A DNA stretch of 64,000 nt. Source: Terriglobia bacterium. GTDB lineage: Bacteria > Acidobacteriota > Terriglobia > JAJPHL01 > JAPKYU01. This document shows, one piece after another, positions 43,720-53,952 of this stretch. The stretch is from contig CBDCVK010000010.1 in NCBI GenBank assembly GCA_965223005.1, positions 1,120,001 through 1,184,000 of the forward strand, read 5' to 3'. The first letter of the stretch is position 1, and every line of letters begins with the position of its first letter. Position numbers and translations under genes: made by a program. Under the pieces are notes generated by a model. The model saw only the letters and a list, made by a program, of their open reading frames with translations. It was not told the DNA's origin and made no database searches.

Positions 43720-45276
43720 ATGCCAAAGAATGACCAGCAAGCGCCGCGCGCTTCTGCCAAAGGCGCAAAGGCCAGGGTGGCTGGCGCTGCCGAAAGCCAG
43801 AGAAGGGAGGCTGTTTTGCCTGCCAGTGAGGTTCGCGTTGAGACCGATACCATGGGTCCGGTGCACGTGCCCGCCGAGGCACACTACGGCGCGCAAACCC
43901 AGCGCGCGGTGGAGAACTTCCCCATCTCCGGTATCCGCTTTCCTCGCCGCTTCATCCGCGCCCTGGGACTGATCAAAGGCGCGGCCGCCCGGGTGAACAA
44001 AGATCTGGGCTTACTGGAGCCGCAGTACTCGGCCGCTATCCTCCAGGCGGCGCAGGAGGTGACCGAGGGCAAGTGGGACGACGAGTTTGTCCTGGATATA
44101 TTCCAGACAGGCTCAGGGACCTCGACCAACATGAATGCCAACGAGGTGATCTCCAGCCGGGCCAACGAGTTGCTGGGGGGCAAGAAGGGCGATCGCAAGC
44201 CAGTGCGGCCCAACGACGAGGTCAACAAGTGCCAGTCGTCGAACGACGTCATCCCTACGGCCATCCACCTGGCCGTGCTGGAGGCGCTCGAGCACGACCT
44301 GCGGCCGGCTCTGGAGGTGCTGGCCGCTGGGTTGGAAGCGAAGGCCGCCGAGTTCAAGGACGTGCTTAAGACAGGCCGGACGCACCTGCAGGACGCGGTG
44401 CCCATCACGTTGGGGCAGGAGTTTTCCGGCTACGCGTCGCAGGTGCGGCACGCCGTGACGCGGGTCCGGTCGGCGATGACGCACCTGGAAGAGGTGCCCA
44501 TCGGCGGCACGGCACTTGGCACCGGGCTGAATGCGCCGGTCGATTTCGGCAACCGGATGTGCGTGCTGCTGGCCAACACCACCGGCATCCAGCTGCGGGA
44601 AGCGGAGAACACGTTTGAAGCTATGGGTTCCCGCGACGCATTGGTTGAGGCGTCCGGGGCGTTGAAAGTGGTGGCGGTGAGCCTGGTCAAGATCGCCTCC
44701 GACATCCGCCTGCTTTCCTGCGGGCCACGTACCGGCATTGCCGAGATCGCTATCCCCGAGATGCAGCCAGGCAGCTCCATCATGCCGGGCAAGGTGAACC
44801 CGGTGATCCCCGAAATGCTGATTCAGGTGGGGGCGCAGGTGATCGGCAATGACGCGGCGGTGACTCTGGGCGGCGTCTTTGGCCAGTTGGACCTGAACGT
44901 GATGATGCCGCTGATGACCCATAACCTGCTCCAGTCCACCGCGTTGCTGAGCACCGGCGCGCGAGTGTTCAAAGAGCGCTGCGTGTCCAGCGGGCCGGAG
45001 ATGCCAGACAATCCGGACAACGTGAAGGGCATCGTGGCCAATCGCGAGCGCTGCCGCAGCCTTGTGGTGAACAGCCTGATGCCGGTGACCGCACTGGTGC
45101 CGCGGCTCGGTTACAAGGAAGCCGCCAACATCGCCCAAGAAGCGCACAAAACCGGCAAGACCGTGCGCGAGGTTGTCCTGGAGAAAAAGCTCATCCCGGA
45201 GCAGGAACTGGACGCCCTGCTGGATCTGACCGCCATGACCCGAACGGGCATCCGCAAAGGCGCCGGCGGCGGCTGA
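43720..45276 (+). CDS. fumC: Fumarate hydratase class II
   Basis: [39 protein letters not shown]. Confidence 0.93.
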   Translation: MPKNDQQAPRASAKGAKARVAGAAESQRREAVLPASEVRVETDTMGPVHVPAEAHYGAQTQRAVENFPISGIRFPRRFIRALGLIKGAAARVNKDLGLLEPQYSAAILQAAQEVTEGKWDDEFVLDIFQTGSGTSTNMNANEVISSRANELLGGKKGDRKPVRPNDEVNKCQSSNDVIPTAIHLAVLEALEHDLRPALEVLAAGLEAKAAEFKDVLKTGRTHLQDAVPITLGQEFSGYASQVRHAVTRVRSAMTHLEEVPIGGTALGTGLNAPVDFGNRMCVLLANTTGIQLREAENTFEAMGSRDALVEASGALKVVAVSLVKIASDIRLLSCGPRTGIAEIAIPEMQPGSSIMPGKVNPVIPEMLIQVGAQVIGNDAAVTLGGVFGQLDLNVMMPLMTHNLLQSTALLSTGARVFKERCVSSGPEMPDNPDNVKGIVANRERCRSLVVNSLMPVTALVPRLGYKEAANIAQEAHKTGKTVREVVLEKKLIPEQELDALLDLTAMTRTGIRKGAGGG

Positions 45277-45283
45277 CCTTCCC

Positions 45284-46341
45284 ATGCTGGTCAAGACGCG
45301 CAGCGCCGCGGTCTTCGGCATTGACGCCTACCTGGTGGACGTGGAAGTGGACCTGTCCAGCCGGGGCATGCACGATTTCCTGGTGGTAGGCCTGCCGGAC
45401 GCAGCGGTCAAGGAAAGCCACCATCGCGTCCGCGGCGCGCTGAAAAACTGCGGTTACTACTTCGGCCAGAGCGTCACCGTCAACCTTGCCCCAGCCGACA
45501 AGAGGAAGGAAGGCTCCGGCTTTGACCTTCCCATGGCCATGGGAATTCTCGGGGCTTTAGAGGTGGTTTCCTCTGAGCGGCTGGCCGAGTTCCTGTTCCT
45601 CGGCGAGCTGTCGCTGGACGGCTCGCTGCGCCCTATCCGCGGCACGCTGCCGGTGGCCGTGCTGGCCCGGGCATCCGGCATCCGGCACCTCGTGGTTCCA
45701 TCTGCCAACGCGCGAGAGGCGGCGGTCGTCGAGGGGGTCTGCGTCTTTGCGGTGAACTCGCTGGGGGAGGCGCTGGCCCTGGTGAACGATGCGCCCGGTT
45801 TCACCGCAACCCAGGTGGACCGCCAGCAGGCCTTGGAGCAAAGCAGCGTTTATAACGTGGACTTCAGCGAAGTGCGCGGGCAGAAGGCTACCAAACGCGC
45901 TCTGGAAGTGGCCGCCGCCGGCGCCCACAACATCCTGATGATTGGGCCGCCGGGTTCGGGCAAGACGATGCTGGCCCGGCGCCTGCCCACCGTCCTGCCC
46001 GGCCTGAGCTTTGACGAGGCCATCCAGACAACCAAGATTCACAGCGTGGCTGGAGTGCTGGACCCGGCGCAGGGCCTGCTCTGCACTCGACCCTTCCGCT
46101 CACCGCACCATACCATCTCGGACGCCGGCCTGGTAGGCGGCGGGACCATTCCTCATCCTGGCGAGGTGAGCCTGGCGCACAACGGGGTGCTGTTTCTGGA
46201 CGAGTTGCCGGAATTCCGGCGCAATGTGCTGGAGGTGATGCGCCAGCCTTTGGAGGATGGCGCGGTGACGATCGCCCGGGCCACCATGACCGTGGCCTTC
46301 CCCTCCTCCTTCATGCTCGCCGCCGCCATGAACCCTTGCCC
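45284..46341 (+). pseudogene. comM: comM/yifB Mg-chelatase-like AAA+ ATPase, 5' part (split by the integrated element)
   Basis: [38 protein letters not shown], ending AAMNPCP at the insertion site. Confidence 0.93.
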
Positions 46342-47831
46342 GTAGGGCTTATTTCATTGCGACACCTATCTGTAAGAATCGAAAGGCCTGCCACGCGGTA
46401 GTTGTGTACGTGGATTCCGGGGACAATCGCTTGCAGAAGCCTCCGTTTGTGGTCCCTCGATAAAAACTCCCACTCGTGGAAGGGTGCAAACACCTGCGCC
46501 AGTTCCGCCGCAGAAAAGGACATTTCTGGGGACTCCCGCATCAGCATTTGCCGGTACAGCGCCTGGTCCCGCTCGACGGCGGCCAGGCGGCGATCCCGCT
46601 CTTCCTGCGTGATCACTCCATCGAAGTAGGTCCCGAGAACCCGCTCCCGCTTTCCGGCGAGTGCCCGCAGTTCAGACTGCAACCGCACCACCTGATTATT
46701 CTCGCCATCACGACCATGTCGGTACTGTTCCATCAAGTCTTCGAGGAAATCACCGTCAGTCAACCGTTGCGCAAAGAGCGAATCCAGTGACGCTTCCAGA
46801 CGCTCGCGACGCATATAGCGGCTTTCGCACTTCCCGCTTAGCCGACGGTTCTTGCAGATGTAGTAATCACGCCCTCGATGGTGTGTGTAAATGATTTCAT
46901 TGCAGGCGGAGCAGTTAAGAAACCCGTTGTAGACAAAGCGATGCTCATAATCCAGACGCGACCGCCAATGCCGCTCCCGCTTCAGGTCAAGCAATCTCTG
47001 CAGATGAGAAAATTCGTCTTCGCTCAGAATACCGTCCATTACCTTGACGCGAATAACTTCTTCCGGCGTCCGGGCCACCTTGGGCCGATCCGCCTGCCGA
47101 CCGTCTTGTTTGGTACGTTTGGCTGCGGGCGAAGGGTCCCGCCGCTGAGAGTACACTCGCCAACCCGCGTAGATCGGGTTGCGCAGGATCACCCGTAGGT
47201 TAAAGGGGTCAATGCCAAGCTTCTCCCCCACAGCTCGGTAACTGGTTTCTCCCCCAAGAAAAAGGCGCACCGCTTCTCGCACCTTCTCGGCTTCCGCTTT
47301 GTAGTACCAGCCACGATGCTCGTCATACGCGACCCCGAACGGGAGAGTTATCCAAGATTGCGGGTGCTTGCCAGCGCGCCGGTTCTCTTCCTTTGCCGCC
47401 CACACGCGCTCCAAAATCTCGGTGCGCTCTAAGCCGGCGATGGCTGCCCGGATCGGTCCCATAAGCCGACCGGCCTTTGAAGACATATCAATCAGTCCGT
47501 CCGGGAGGTATAGCACCGTGCGCGTGTCAACGAAGGCTTGCAGCAGAGCGTAATCTGTAAAATTTTCTGGCCGCATCAGGCGCGAGAATTCCTTCGCCAC
47601 AACACCATGAATCTGCGGTGACTCCATCAGCCGAAGTAGTTCTTTCATCTCCGGCGCCATCAGAACCGCTGCTCCCGAAACGTCGGCCATCTCAATAGTG
47701 CGAACAATCTCAAGGCCGTACTGCTGGGCTGTGCGCCTGTTCGCCGCACGTTGGGCCGGGACGCCGGCGCGACCCTCGGCCGCTTGCCCCTCAGTTGACA
47801 CGCGGATGAGTTCGATCACCTTTTTGTTCAT
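46311..47831 (-). CDS. Large serine recombinase (integrase); 3' end crosses the left junction
   Basis: IRVSTEGQ catalytic Ser motif, [23 protein letters not shown], zinc ribbon CSAC...YYIC...C, coiled coil. Confidence 0.93.
   Translation of the reverse strand: MNKKVIELIRVSTEGQAAEGRAGVPAQRAANRRTAQQYGLEIVRTIEMADVSGAAVLMAPEMKELLRLMESPQIHGVVAKEFSRLMRPENFTDYALLQAFVDTRTVLYLPDGLIDMSSKAGRLMGPIRAAIAGLERTEILERVWAAKEENRRAGKHPQSWITLPFGVAYDEHRGWYYKAEAEKVREAVRLFLGGETSYRAVGEKLGIDPFNLRVILRNPIYAGWRVYSQRRDPSPAAKRTKQDGRQADRPKVARTPEEVIRVKVMDGILSEDEFSHLQRLLDLKRERHWRSRLDYEHRFVYNGFLNCSACNEIIYTHHRGRDYYICKNRRLSGKCESRYMRRERLEASLDSLFAQRLTDGDFLEDLMEQYRHGRDGENNQVVRLQSELRALAGKRERVLGTYFDGVITQEERDRRLAAVERDQALYRQMLMRESPEMSFSAAELAQVFAPFHEWEFLSRDHKRRLLQAIVPGIHVHNYRVAGLSILTDRCRNEISPTGKGSWRRRA
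46340..46366. other. Left hybrid attachment site (core CC 46340-46341 plus element arm)
   Basis: CC-GTAGGGC-TTATTTCATTGCGACACC; arm is an imperfect inverted repeat of the right-end arm. Confidence 0.85.
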
Positions 47832-48017
47832 CGTCCAACCCGCAGAGTTTTCTTGCCAGCCGCAATACTGTTGATTGGTCCCCGCTTTCGAGCGCTGCCC
47901 GAAGGCTGGCGAGAGTTTCGCGCCTTTTGCGCGAGATTTCAAGCGCCGCCTCCAGGATTCCTTTGGAATTGGTGGGCTTGATCCGGTTTCGTGGACACGT
48001 TCCGAAAGGCGGATACG

Positions 48018-48335
48018 ATGTCCAGAATGGGATCAACGAAGGCAGGGAGACGGGCGCGACGACAGTTCAGTGAGGAGTTCCGGATCGGAGCCGTTCGGCT
48101 GGTCTTGGATGCGGGCAAGACGGTCGGCGCCGTCGCGCGCGAGTTGGATCTGACGCCATCGGCCCTGGCGCAGTGGGTGAAGCAGGCACGTGCCGATCGG
48201 ACGAAGGGCAAGACGGGGCTGACGACCGAGGAGCGCGCCGAGCTGGCGCGCCTACGCAAAGACAATCGCGAGCTGCGGATGGAGCGCGACGTCCTAAAAA
48301 AAGCCACGGCCTTCTTCGCGAAGGACCACCTGTGA
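48018..48335 (+). CDS. IS3 transposase OrfA
   Basis: Same protein as copy 1 OrfA. Confidence 0.9.
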   Translation: MSRMGSTKAGRRARRQFSEEFRIGAVRLVLDAGKTVGAVARELDLTPSALAQWVKQARADRTKGKTGLTTEERAELARLRKDNRELRMERDVLKKATAFFAKDHL

Positions 48336-49189
48336 AGTTCGCGTGGATCCAGGCGGAGAAGGCCACCTACCCGCTCACGAAGCTCTGCCGCTGGCTCGAC
48401 GTCACGCGGAGTGGCTTTTACGCCTGGCGCGCGCGTCCAGAATCAACGCATGCACGCGAGGATCGCCGGCTGGCCGTGCTGGTGCGGGCGTCGTTTGAGG
48501 CGAGCAAGCAGCGCTACGGCAGCCCGCGCGTTCACGAGGATCTCCTTGAGCAGGAGGAGCACGTCAGCCGCAAACGGGTCGTGCGCCTGATGCAGAAAGA
48601 CGGGCTGAAGGCGCGGCGGCGCAAGCGGTACAAGCTCACCACGATGAGTGATCACGATCAACCGGTGGCGGCCAATCTCCTGGACCGACACTTTGAGGCG
48701 GCCGCGCCGAATCAACGGTGGGTCGGCGACACGACGGAGTTCGTCATCGGCGGCAGCGGGAAGCTCTACCTTGCGGCGATCTTGGATCTGTTCTCCCGGT
48801 TCATCGTGGGATGGGCCGTGAGCGCCGTCAACGACCGCCATCTGACCATCAAGGCGCTCCAGATGGCGCTGAAGCGCCGCTGCCCCGACGCCGGTCTGCT
48901 GCACCATTCCGACCAGGGCGGCACCTATGCGAGCGAGGACTACCAAGACGTGCTCGACACACACGGTATCATCTGTAGCATGAGCCGCCGGGGCAATTGC
49001 TACGACAATGCCGTGATGGAAAGCTTCTTCTCGACGGTCAAGAGCGAACTCCGCGAGCACTTCGACAGCAACGGCGAGGCCAAGATGGAGTTATTCGACT
49101 ACATCGAAGTGTTCTATAACCAGCGGCGGCGCCACTCGACGCTCGGCCAGATCAGTCCGGCCGCCTTCGAGCGACGCGTGGCGGCGTAG
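48332..49189 (+). CDS. IS3 transposase OrfB
   Basis: DDE motifs as in copy 1. Confidence 0.93.
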   Translation: MKFAWIQAEKATYPLTKLCRWLDVTRSGFYAWRARPESTHAREDRRLAVLVRASFEASKQRYGSPRVHEDLLEQEEHVSRKRVVRLMQKDGLKARRRKRYKLTTMSDHDQPVAANLLDRHFEAAAPNQRWVGDTTEFVIGGSGKLYLAAILDLFSRFIVGWAVSAVNDRHLTIKALQMALKRRCPDAGLLHHSDQGGTYASEDYQDVLDTHGIICSMSRRGNCYDNAVMESFFSTVKSELREHFDSNGEAKMELFDYIEVFYNQRRRHSTLGQISPAAFERRVAA

Positions 49190-49407
49190 GGCATGGACGC
49201 TGCCGTCCCTGTGGACGCGGAAAACGCGTCCACGAGTGACTTGGAAAACCGCACAGAACGCGGTTTCCCACAGCGTCCACACCCATTATCGCGTTCATGA
49301 AAGGAAGAAAAAAGAGAGAGACTCAACCAACGTAACTAAACCGTCCACTGAATCGGATCAGGCTCATGGGCGGCGTTCCGGGCTGTGGGTCGCGGCTCAT
49401 TCGTGGT

Positions 49408-49893
49408 TCAGAACGATGTACTCCGCAACTTTCGCAGCATGGCTTTGCTACCGGCATCTACGCCACACCGGCGGGCATGTTGCTCCTGCCGTTTCTTCCG
49501 CTGGACCCGTGCCGCCTCGATGCCCGGCAGGAGGCAATCGCAGCGCCGCACGGTGTTTTCATTAACCTGAATCCAGCCGCTCGTGTCGGCACAGTTCTCA
49601 CAAAATCTACCGGTGTCCTCCGGGTCGTAACTTTTCTGGCGCTGTGTCGTTTGTGCGGCCTTGCTGATGGCGGCCACACTGGGGAAGTAGTCGTAGTTCC
49701 TCAAGCACCACGCACAAGCCTCGGACAATAGTTCTGGCGACAAATGGGCCAGGCCCTCAGCGTAGACGGCAGCGTGCGGTTCAGTAATCTCCCGGTTCCA
49801 GGAGGCGCTGAACTGGAACAGCCAGTGTTTGAGTGCCGCCAGGAATTGCTCGTTCGAGCGCGGTAGCAGTTCGGATGATTTTTTGCTGTTCAT
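49408..49893 (-). CDS. Phage-type helicase loader/inhibitor-like protein with C-terminal Zn finger
   Basis: Y..L......AC...L....FPSVAAI pattern seen in phage replication accessory proteins; CENC...GW...RCDC; follows the rep gene. Confidence 0.55.
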   Translation of the reverse strand: MNSKKSSELLPRSNEQFLAALKHWLFQFSASWNREITEPHAAVYAEGLAHLSPELLSEACAWCLRNYDYFPSVAAISKAAQTTQRQKSYDPEDTGRFCENCADTSGWIQVNENTVRRCDCLLPGIEAARVQRKKRQEQHARRCGVDAGSKAMLRKLRSTSF

Positions 49894-50692
49894 AAGACAG
49901 GGTTCCCTTTAGTGGTTTTCCGAAGCGGTCTAGTGGTCCGCCAGCGTATTTCGCTAAATTTCTGAGCCAGAAGTGTGGCGGCTCGCTGTGATTTGCTTCG
50001 CTTGCGAATCGGTGTTGGAGGCACACCAAAATCTGCTCCGTGGTCCAGGAAGGGTTTTCGCGGAGGAACAGGGCGAGGTTTCGTCCTTCTGTCGGTCCCC
50101 AGGGGGCCGTCGGCACCCCAGGGTTGCGTTCGCGCCAACCTTGCTGGATTGCATTTCTGACTTCAGGGTGCCGGGTGTCAACTTCGCCCGTGGCCGGTGC
50201 TTTTGGACGTGCCACAAGGCCCTTCTCCTGGGTTCCCTTAACATGTGTACCCTTAAGCGGAAGGTGGTTCCGCTGGTTTCTGCTGTCATTTTCCGCTGGC
50301 TCTGCGCTTGTTTTCCGCTGGTGGCGGAACGTGGTTCCGCTGGCACCGGAATCTAATTCCGCTGGCGGGAGCCATTCGGACTTGTCAAGCAAATGGTAGA
50401 CGTTATTCAAAAACCCGCCGCTTTCGGCACGTCGGCGCTCCACCGCTATCAGGCGGAGGCGCTCCAAAAGGTGGAGGTATTTACGAACGCTACGGGCACT
50501 GATGCCATGTTGTTCGGCGATTCTTTGTTCGGAAGGAAAGCAGGACTCATTCCGGTCAACGTGCCGACATAGGCTCAAGTAGATAGCTGTGCCAATGGGT
50601 CCCAGCACCTTCGCGTAGCCATTCAGGTACAAGTCGTCTACCACGAAGTATCCCTTTCGCCTGCGGTCCCTGACCTGGAATCCTGCGTTCAC
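49781..50692 (-). CDS. Phage-like replication initiator (N-terminal winged HTH)
   Basis: IYLSLCRHVD...CFPSEQRIAEQHGISARSVRKYLHLLERLRLI...NVYHL; internal iteron array. Confidence 0.75.
   Translation of the reverse strand: MNAGFQVRDRRRKGYFVVDDLYLNGYAKVLGPIGTAIYLSLCRHVDRNESCFPSEQRIAEQHGISARSVRKYLHLLERLRLIAVERRRAESGGFLNNVYHLLDKSEWLPPAELDSGASGTTFRHQRKTSAEPAENDSRNQRNHLPLKGTHVKGTQEKGLVARPKAPATGEVDTRHPEVRNAIQQGWRERNPGVPTAPWGPTEGRNLALFLRENPSWTTEQILVCLQHRFASEANHSEPPHFWLRNLAKYAGGPLDRFGKPLKGTLSYEQQKIIRTATALERAIPGGTQTLAVPVQRLLEPGDY
50268..50365. repeat. Iteron-like array, TTCCGCTGG x5 (putative origin)
   Basis: Copies start at 50268, 50291, 50313, 50335, 50357 (spacing 23, 22, 22, 22). Confidence 0.8.
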
Positions 50693-51422
50693 CTCGTCGC
50701 CTCCAGGGTGACGCGCTTGCTAGCCCTCGCTGGGCGACGCACGTCATTTCCCATCCCGCCCGGTGGTTCTGCTGGATGGACTCTTTCCGCGAGCCAGGTA
50801 CACACAACTTCCGAATCCAGCCGAACCAGACGCCCCACCTTTACGAAAGTGATTTCTCGCAAAGAAACCGGGGGGCCTTTTCGTGGAAAAGCTCTATTTG
50901 GCAGTGTTCTGTGGGCGCACTGCCTTATCCTGGCATTTCTCGGCTTGCGGGGTTCCTATGTGGTTGGCGATCAGGTCGGCCCTGAACTCCATGGTTCTTC
51001 GTGAGCCGCCGGGAGCGACTAAACCGTCTAGCCTATTTGCAGCAGTGTGCCGTGACCCCCTACAGTCACCATCGCGCACGGGCGCCGAAACGGACTATTT
51101 TCTTTCCATCTCCGCGTGCACTTCCAACGTCTGTCCTGCCGCAATCGAAATCTTGCGCTCCCAATCCTTGAAACCCTGCTTTCGCAGCTTGGCGTTGTAC
51201 TTTCCCGGCGCCAACGTTTGGGACTGTGGACTGACTCCAGCGTAAGCTCCGTCGATTTCGACTTCAGCCCACGCAGGATCGGAAGTTATCTTCACGGCAC
51301 CTTTCTGCTCTTCGCTCGGTGGAACGTCTAGTTCGGCCTTTACACCTTTCTTAAACAGCCACTTCCGGTCCTTTTCATCAGCATAAATAGGCTTGCCTGT
51401 ATGGAATGTGAGGGCATCTAGG

Positions 51423-53082
51423 CCCGGATTTCCTTTATGAACTATCGGCGGCAACCTTCTGAATGACTCCAACGTCAGTATTGATGCGGGTTCCAGCATC
51501 AACATTGCCTTCCGGAGGTGTACACCGAATGGGTGAGAGCCAAAAACAGGCGTTTCAACTGTCATTCAACCGGTTTCTGCGGGTCACATTTCAGGGATCG
51601 CGAATCACTTCCGACGGCGGTCTGATTCTGGTGCGCGAGTTGGACGAACGTTTGGGGTTCGGCGAACTTATCGAACAGCACTTGATCGACTCTCGGGGGA
51701 AGAACACTCGGTTGCCCCTCGCTGACTTGCTGCGGCAGTCCATCTACAGCCGCTTGGCAGGATACGAAGACGTCAACGACGCCGAGCGGCTTTCCCAAGA
51801 TCCGACGTTCCGGCTGATCGGTTCGGAGAAGATCTGGGAACGTGGCGCAGCCCTGACTTCCCGGTTACAGTCGTTCGAGACAGAACTGCTGACGCAAGAC
51901 GAGAACCTTGCTGGTTTGGCAGCGATCAACCGGGATTTGATCGCCAGGGCGGAAGCTATGGATGCGCCGCGCCGGGTGGTGCTGGACATGGACAGCACCG
52001 AGATCCCGGTCTACGGCGAACAGGAGCAGAGCGCCTACAACGGGCATTTCGAGTCGAGTTGCTATCACCCGTTGTTGCTGTTCAGTCGCGAGGGTGACTG
52101 TCTGGCGGCCAAGCTGCGACCCGGCAACGTGCACAGCGCCGAGGATTGGGAAGAACTTCTCCTGCCAGAGATCGAACGGCAGCAGAAGCTGGGCAAGGAA
52201 GTGGTGTTTCGCGCCGACGCCGCCTTCGCCAAGCCGGAGATCTACGACGCACTGGAGGAGCGGGACGTGAAGTATGCGATTCGCATCCCGGCCAACGACA
52301 GTCTGGAGAGGGACATCGCGGAGTTGTTGACGCGGCCAGTGGGGCGACCGAGCCACAAGCCGGTGGTCTGGTACAAGAGCTTTCTCTACCAGGCAGCCAG
52401 TTGGAAAAAGGCGCGGCGGGTGGTGGCGAAGGTGGAGTTCCACTTTGGCGAACTGTTCCCTCGCGTGGGGTTCATCGTCACCAATCTGGAGACCGACAGC
52501 CGGGCGGTGGTCCGGTTCTACAACAAGCGGGGCACCGCAGAGCAATGGATCAAGGAAGGCAAGCAGGCGGTAAAGATGACCCGGCTGAGTTGCCATCGGT
52601 TTCGGTCGAACGAGGTGCGCCTATGGCTGAGCCTGATCGCCTACAACTTGGGAAACCTGTGGCGGCGGCTGGTGCTACCGAAGAGGATCAACAACTGGTC
52701 GCTGACGAGTTTGCAGCAGCGGCTGGTGAAAACGGGAGGACGGCTGGTGAAACATGCGCGATATTACTGGCTTTTGCTGGCCGAAGGGCACTTGAGCCGG
52801 AGGCTGTTCAGCAGCATGCTGCGAACGATCTCGGCACTGCCGCTGCCAGACGGCTAGCGACCCAGGAGAGAGGGTAATTTTAGGTGCTCAGAAGTGGTCG
52901 GGCCGGACAAGTGTCAGCGGCGAGGCAGGCTGGGCAGGCGAAACCCGCACAGCGACTCCGAAGAACAGCCAAAATGTGCCGCACTACGACCTCAAAGAGG
53001 CCCGGGCGATTTGCGATTGACACGACAGGGTAAGAGGCATAGGTTTTCGGGTGAAGGGGAAGCTCAAAATGGAAATTCCGGG
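51423..53082 (+). mobile_element. IS1380-family insertion sequence
   Basis: Left end CCCGGATTTCCTTTATGAAC; right end GCTCAAAATGGAAATTCCGGG; single DDE transposase. Confidence 0.88.
51529..52857 (+). CDS. IS1380-family transposase
   Basis: TSDGG, GYEDVND, LDMDST, YHPL, RPGN, RADAAF, YNKRGTAEQWIKEGK. Confidence 0.93.
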   Translation: MGESQKQAFQLSFNRFLRVTFQGSRITSDGGLILVRELDERLGFGELIEQHLIDSRGKNTRLPLADLLRQSIYSRLAGYEDVNDAERLSQDPTFRLIGSEKIWERGAALTSRLQSFETELLTQDENLAGLAAINRDLIARAEAMDAPRRVVLDMDSTEIPVYGEQEQSAYNGHFESSCYHPLLLFSREGDCLAAKLRPGNVHSAEDWEELLLPEIERQQKLGKEVVFRADAAFAKPEIYDALEERDVKYAIRIPANDSLERDIAELLTRPVGRPSHKPVVWYKSFLYQAASWKKARRVVAKVEFHFGELFPRVGFIVTNLETDSRAVVRFYNKRGTAEQWIKEGKQAVKMTRLSCHRFRSNEVRLWLSLIAYNLGNLWRRLVLPKRINNWSLTSLQQRLVKTGGRLVKHARYYWLLLAEGHLSRRLFSSMLRTISALPLPDG

Positions 53083-53142
53083 TAAGAGATTAGACCCTGT
53101 TTCACTTGACGGACTAAGTCCGCAAGCCAGAAGGGGTGAACC

Positions 53143-53952
53143 ATGAGTTTGTCGAAGATCGTTGCTCTGGGCACCGGGATTTACCATCACTACGGCCTGG
53201 AAGCTGCACTGAAAGGGATTCATCGGGCCGGGTGCGGCTATGTGGAGATGGCAGCCAACCCACCACATGCAGAACACGTTTCCCTCGACATGGACGACGC
53301 CGCAGTCGAGGCCCTGCTGGCCAAGCTTCAGCAGTACCGTCTCAAGGTCGTGGCTCTAAACGGCAACATCGGCATGATGAGGAAAGGCGACGTCGAGCGA
53401 TCCAAGAAACTCATCAGCCTTGCTCCAAAGCTTGGCGCCGGGGTTGTGGTGAATACACTCGGCGGAGCCGGCCTGGAAGAGGACTTACCCCCGTTTCTGG
53501 CCAACGTCGGGGAGGTGGCGGACCATGCCCGAAAAAACGGTGTCACGATTGGCCTGGAAGTGCACGGCAAGCACACTGCCAACGGCAAACTCGCTTTGGC
53601 CACGGTTCGCGCGGTCAATGACCCAAACGTTAAGATCAACTACGATACCGCCAACTGCATCTATTTCGGCGATACCTTGCCCTACGAAGACCTGCCGGTT
53701 GCTGTCCCCGAAATGGCGCACATCCATCTGAAGGATAAGATCGGCGGCAAGGGAGTATGGAACTTTCCGCCCATAGGAATGGGTGAAATTGACTTCGAAA
53801 GGGTGCTCAACATCTTGGACGACGGAGGCTATCGAGGTGCGCTGAGCGTGGAGATCGAGTTCGACGACCGGGGCTGGCCTCCTGTTGCCGAGGTGGACGA
53901 GGCTGCAAGCTCCGCCTATCGCACCCTCATGCGATTGCTGGAGACGCACTAG
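53143..53952 (+). CDS. Sugar phosphate isomerase/epimerase (passenger of the IS1380 unit)
   Basis: IGLEVH, INYDTAN, HIHLKD, GEIDF, SVEIE. Confidence 0.88.
   Translation: MSLSKIVALGTGIYHHYGLEAALKGIHRAGCGYVEMAANPPHAEHVSLDMDDAAVEALLAKLQQYRLKVVALNGNIGMMRKGDVERSKKLISLAPKLGAGVVVNTLGGAGLEEDLPPFLANVGEVADHARKNGVTIGLEVHGKHTANGKLALATVRAVNDPNVKINYDTANCIYFGDTLPYEDLPVAVPEMAHIHLKDKIGGKGVWNFPPIGMGEIDFERVLNILDDGGYRGALSVEIEFDDRGWPPVAEVDEAASSAYRTLMRLLETH

Larger units (their letters stand above)
47973..49366 (+). mobile_element. IS3-family insertion sequence, copy 2 (1394 bp)
   Basis: Near-identical to 10913-12306 in the opposite orientation (T/A difference at RRL[T/A]VL); 3-bp duplication TGG; A7G slippery site at 48296-48303. 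Confidence 0.95.
47791..49400 (-). pseudogene. 70-aa ORF immediately upstream of the integrase, split by IS3 copy 2
   Basis: Removing IS 47973-49366 and one TGG duplication gives MSRDPQPGTPP-NSKGILEAALEISRKRRETL...THPRVN* in frame. Confidence 0.7.
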
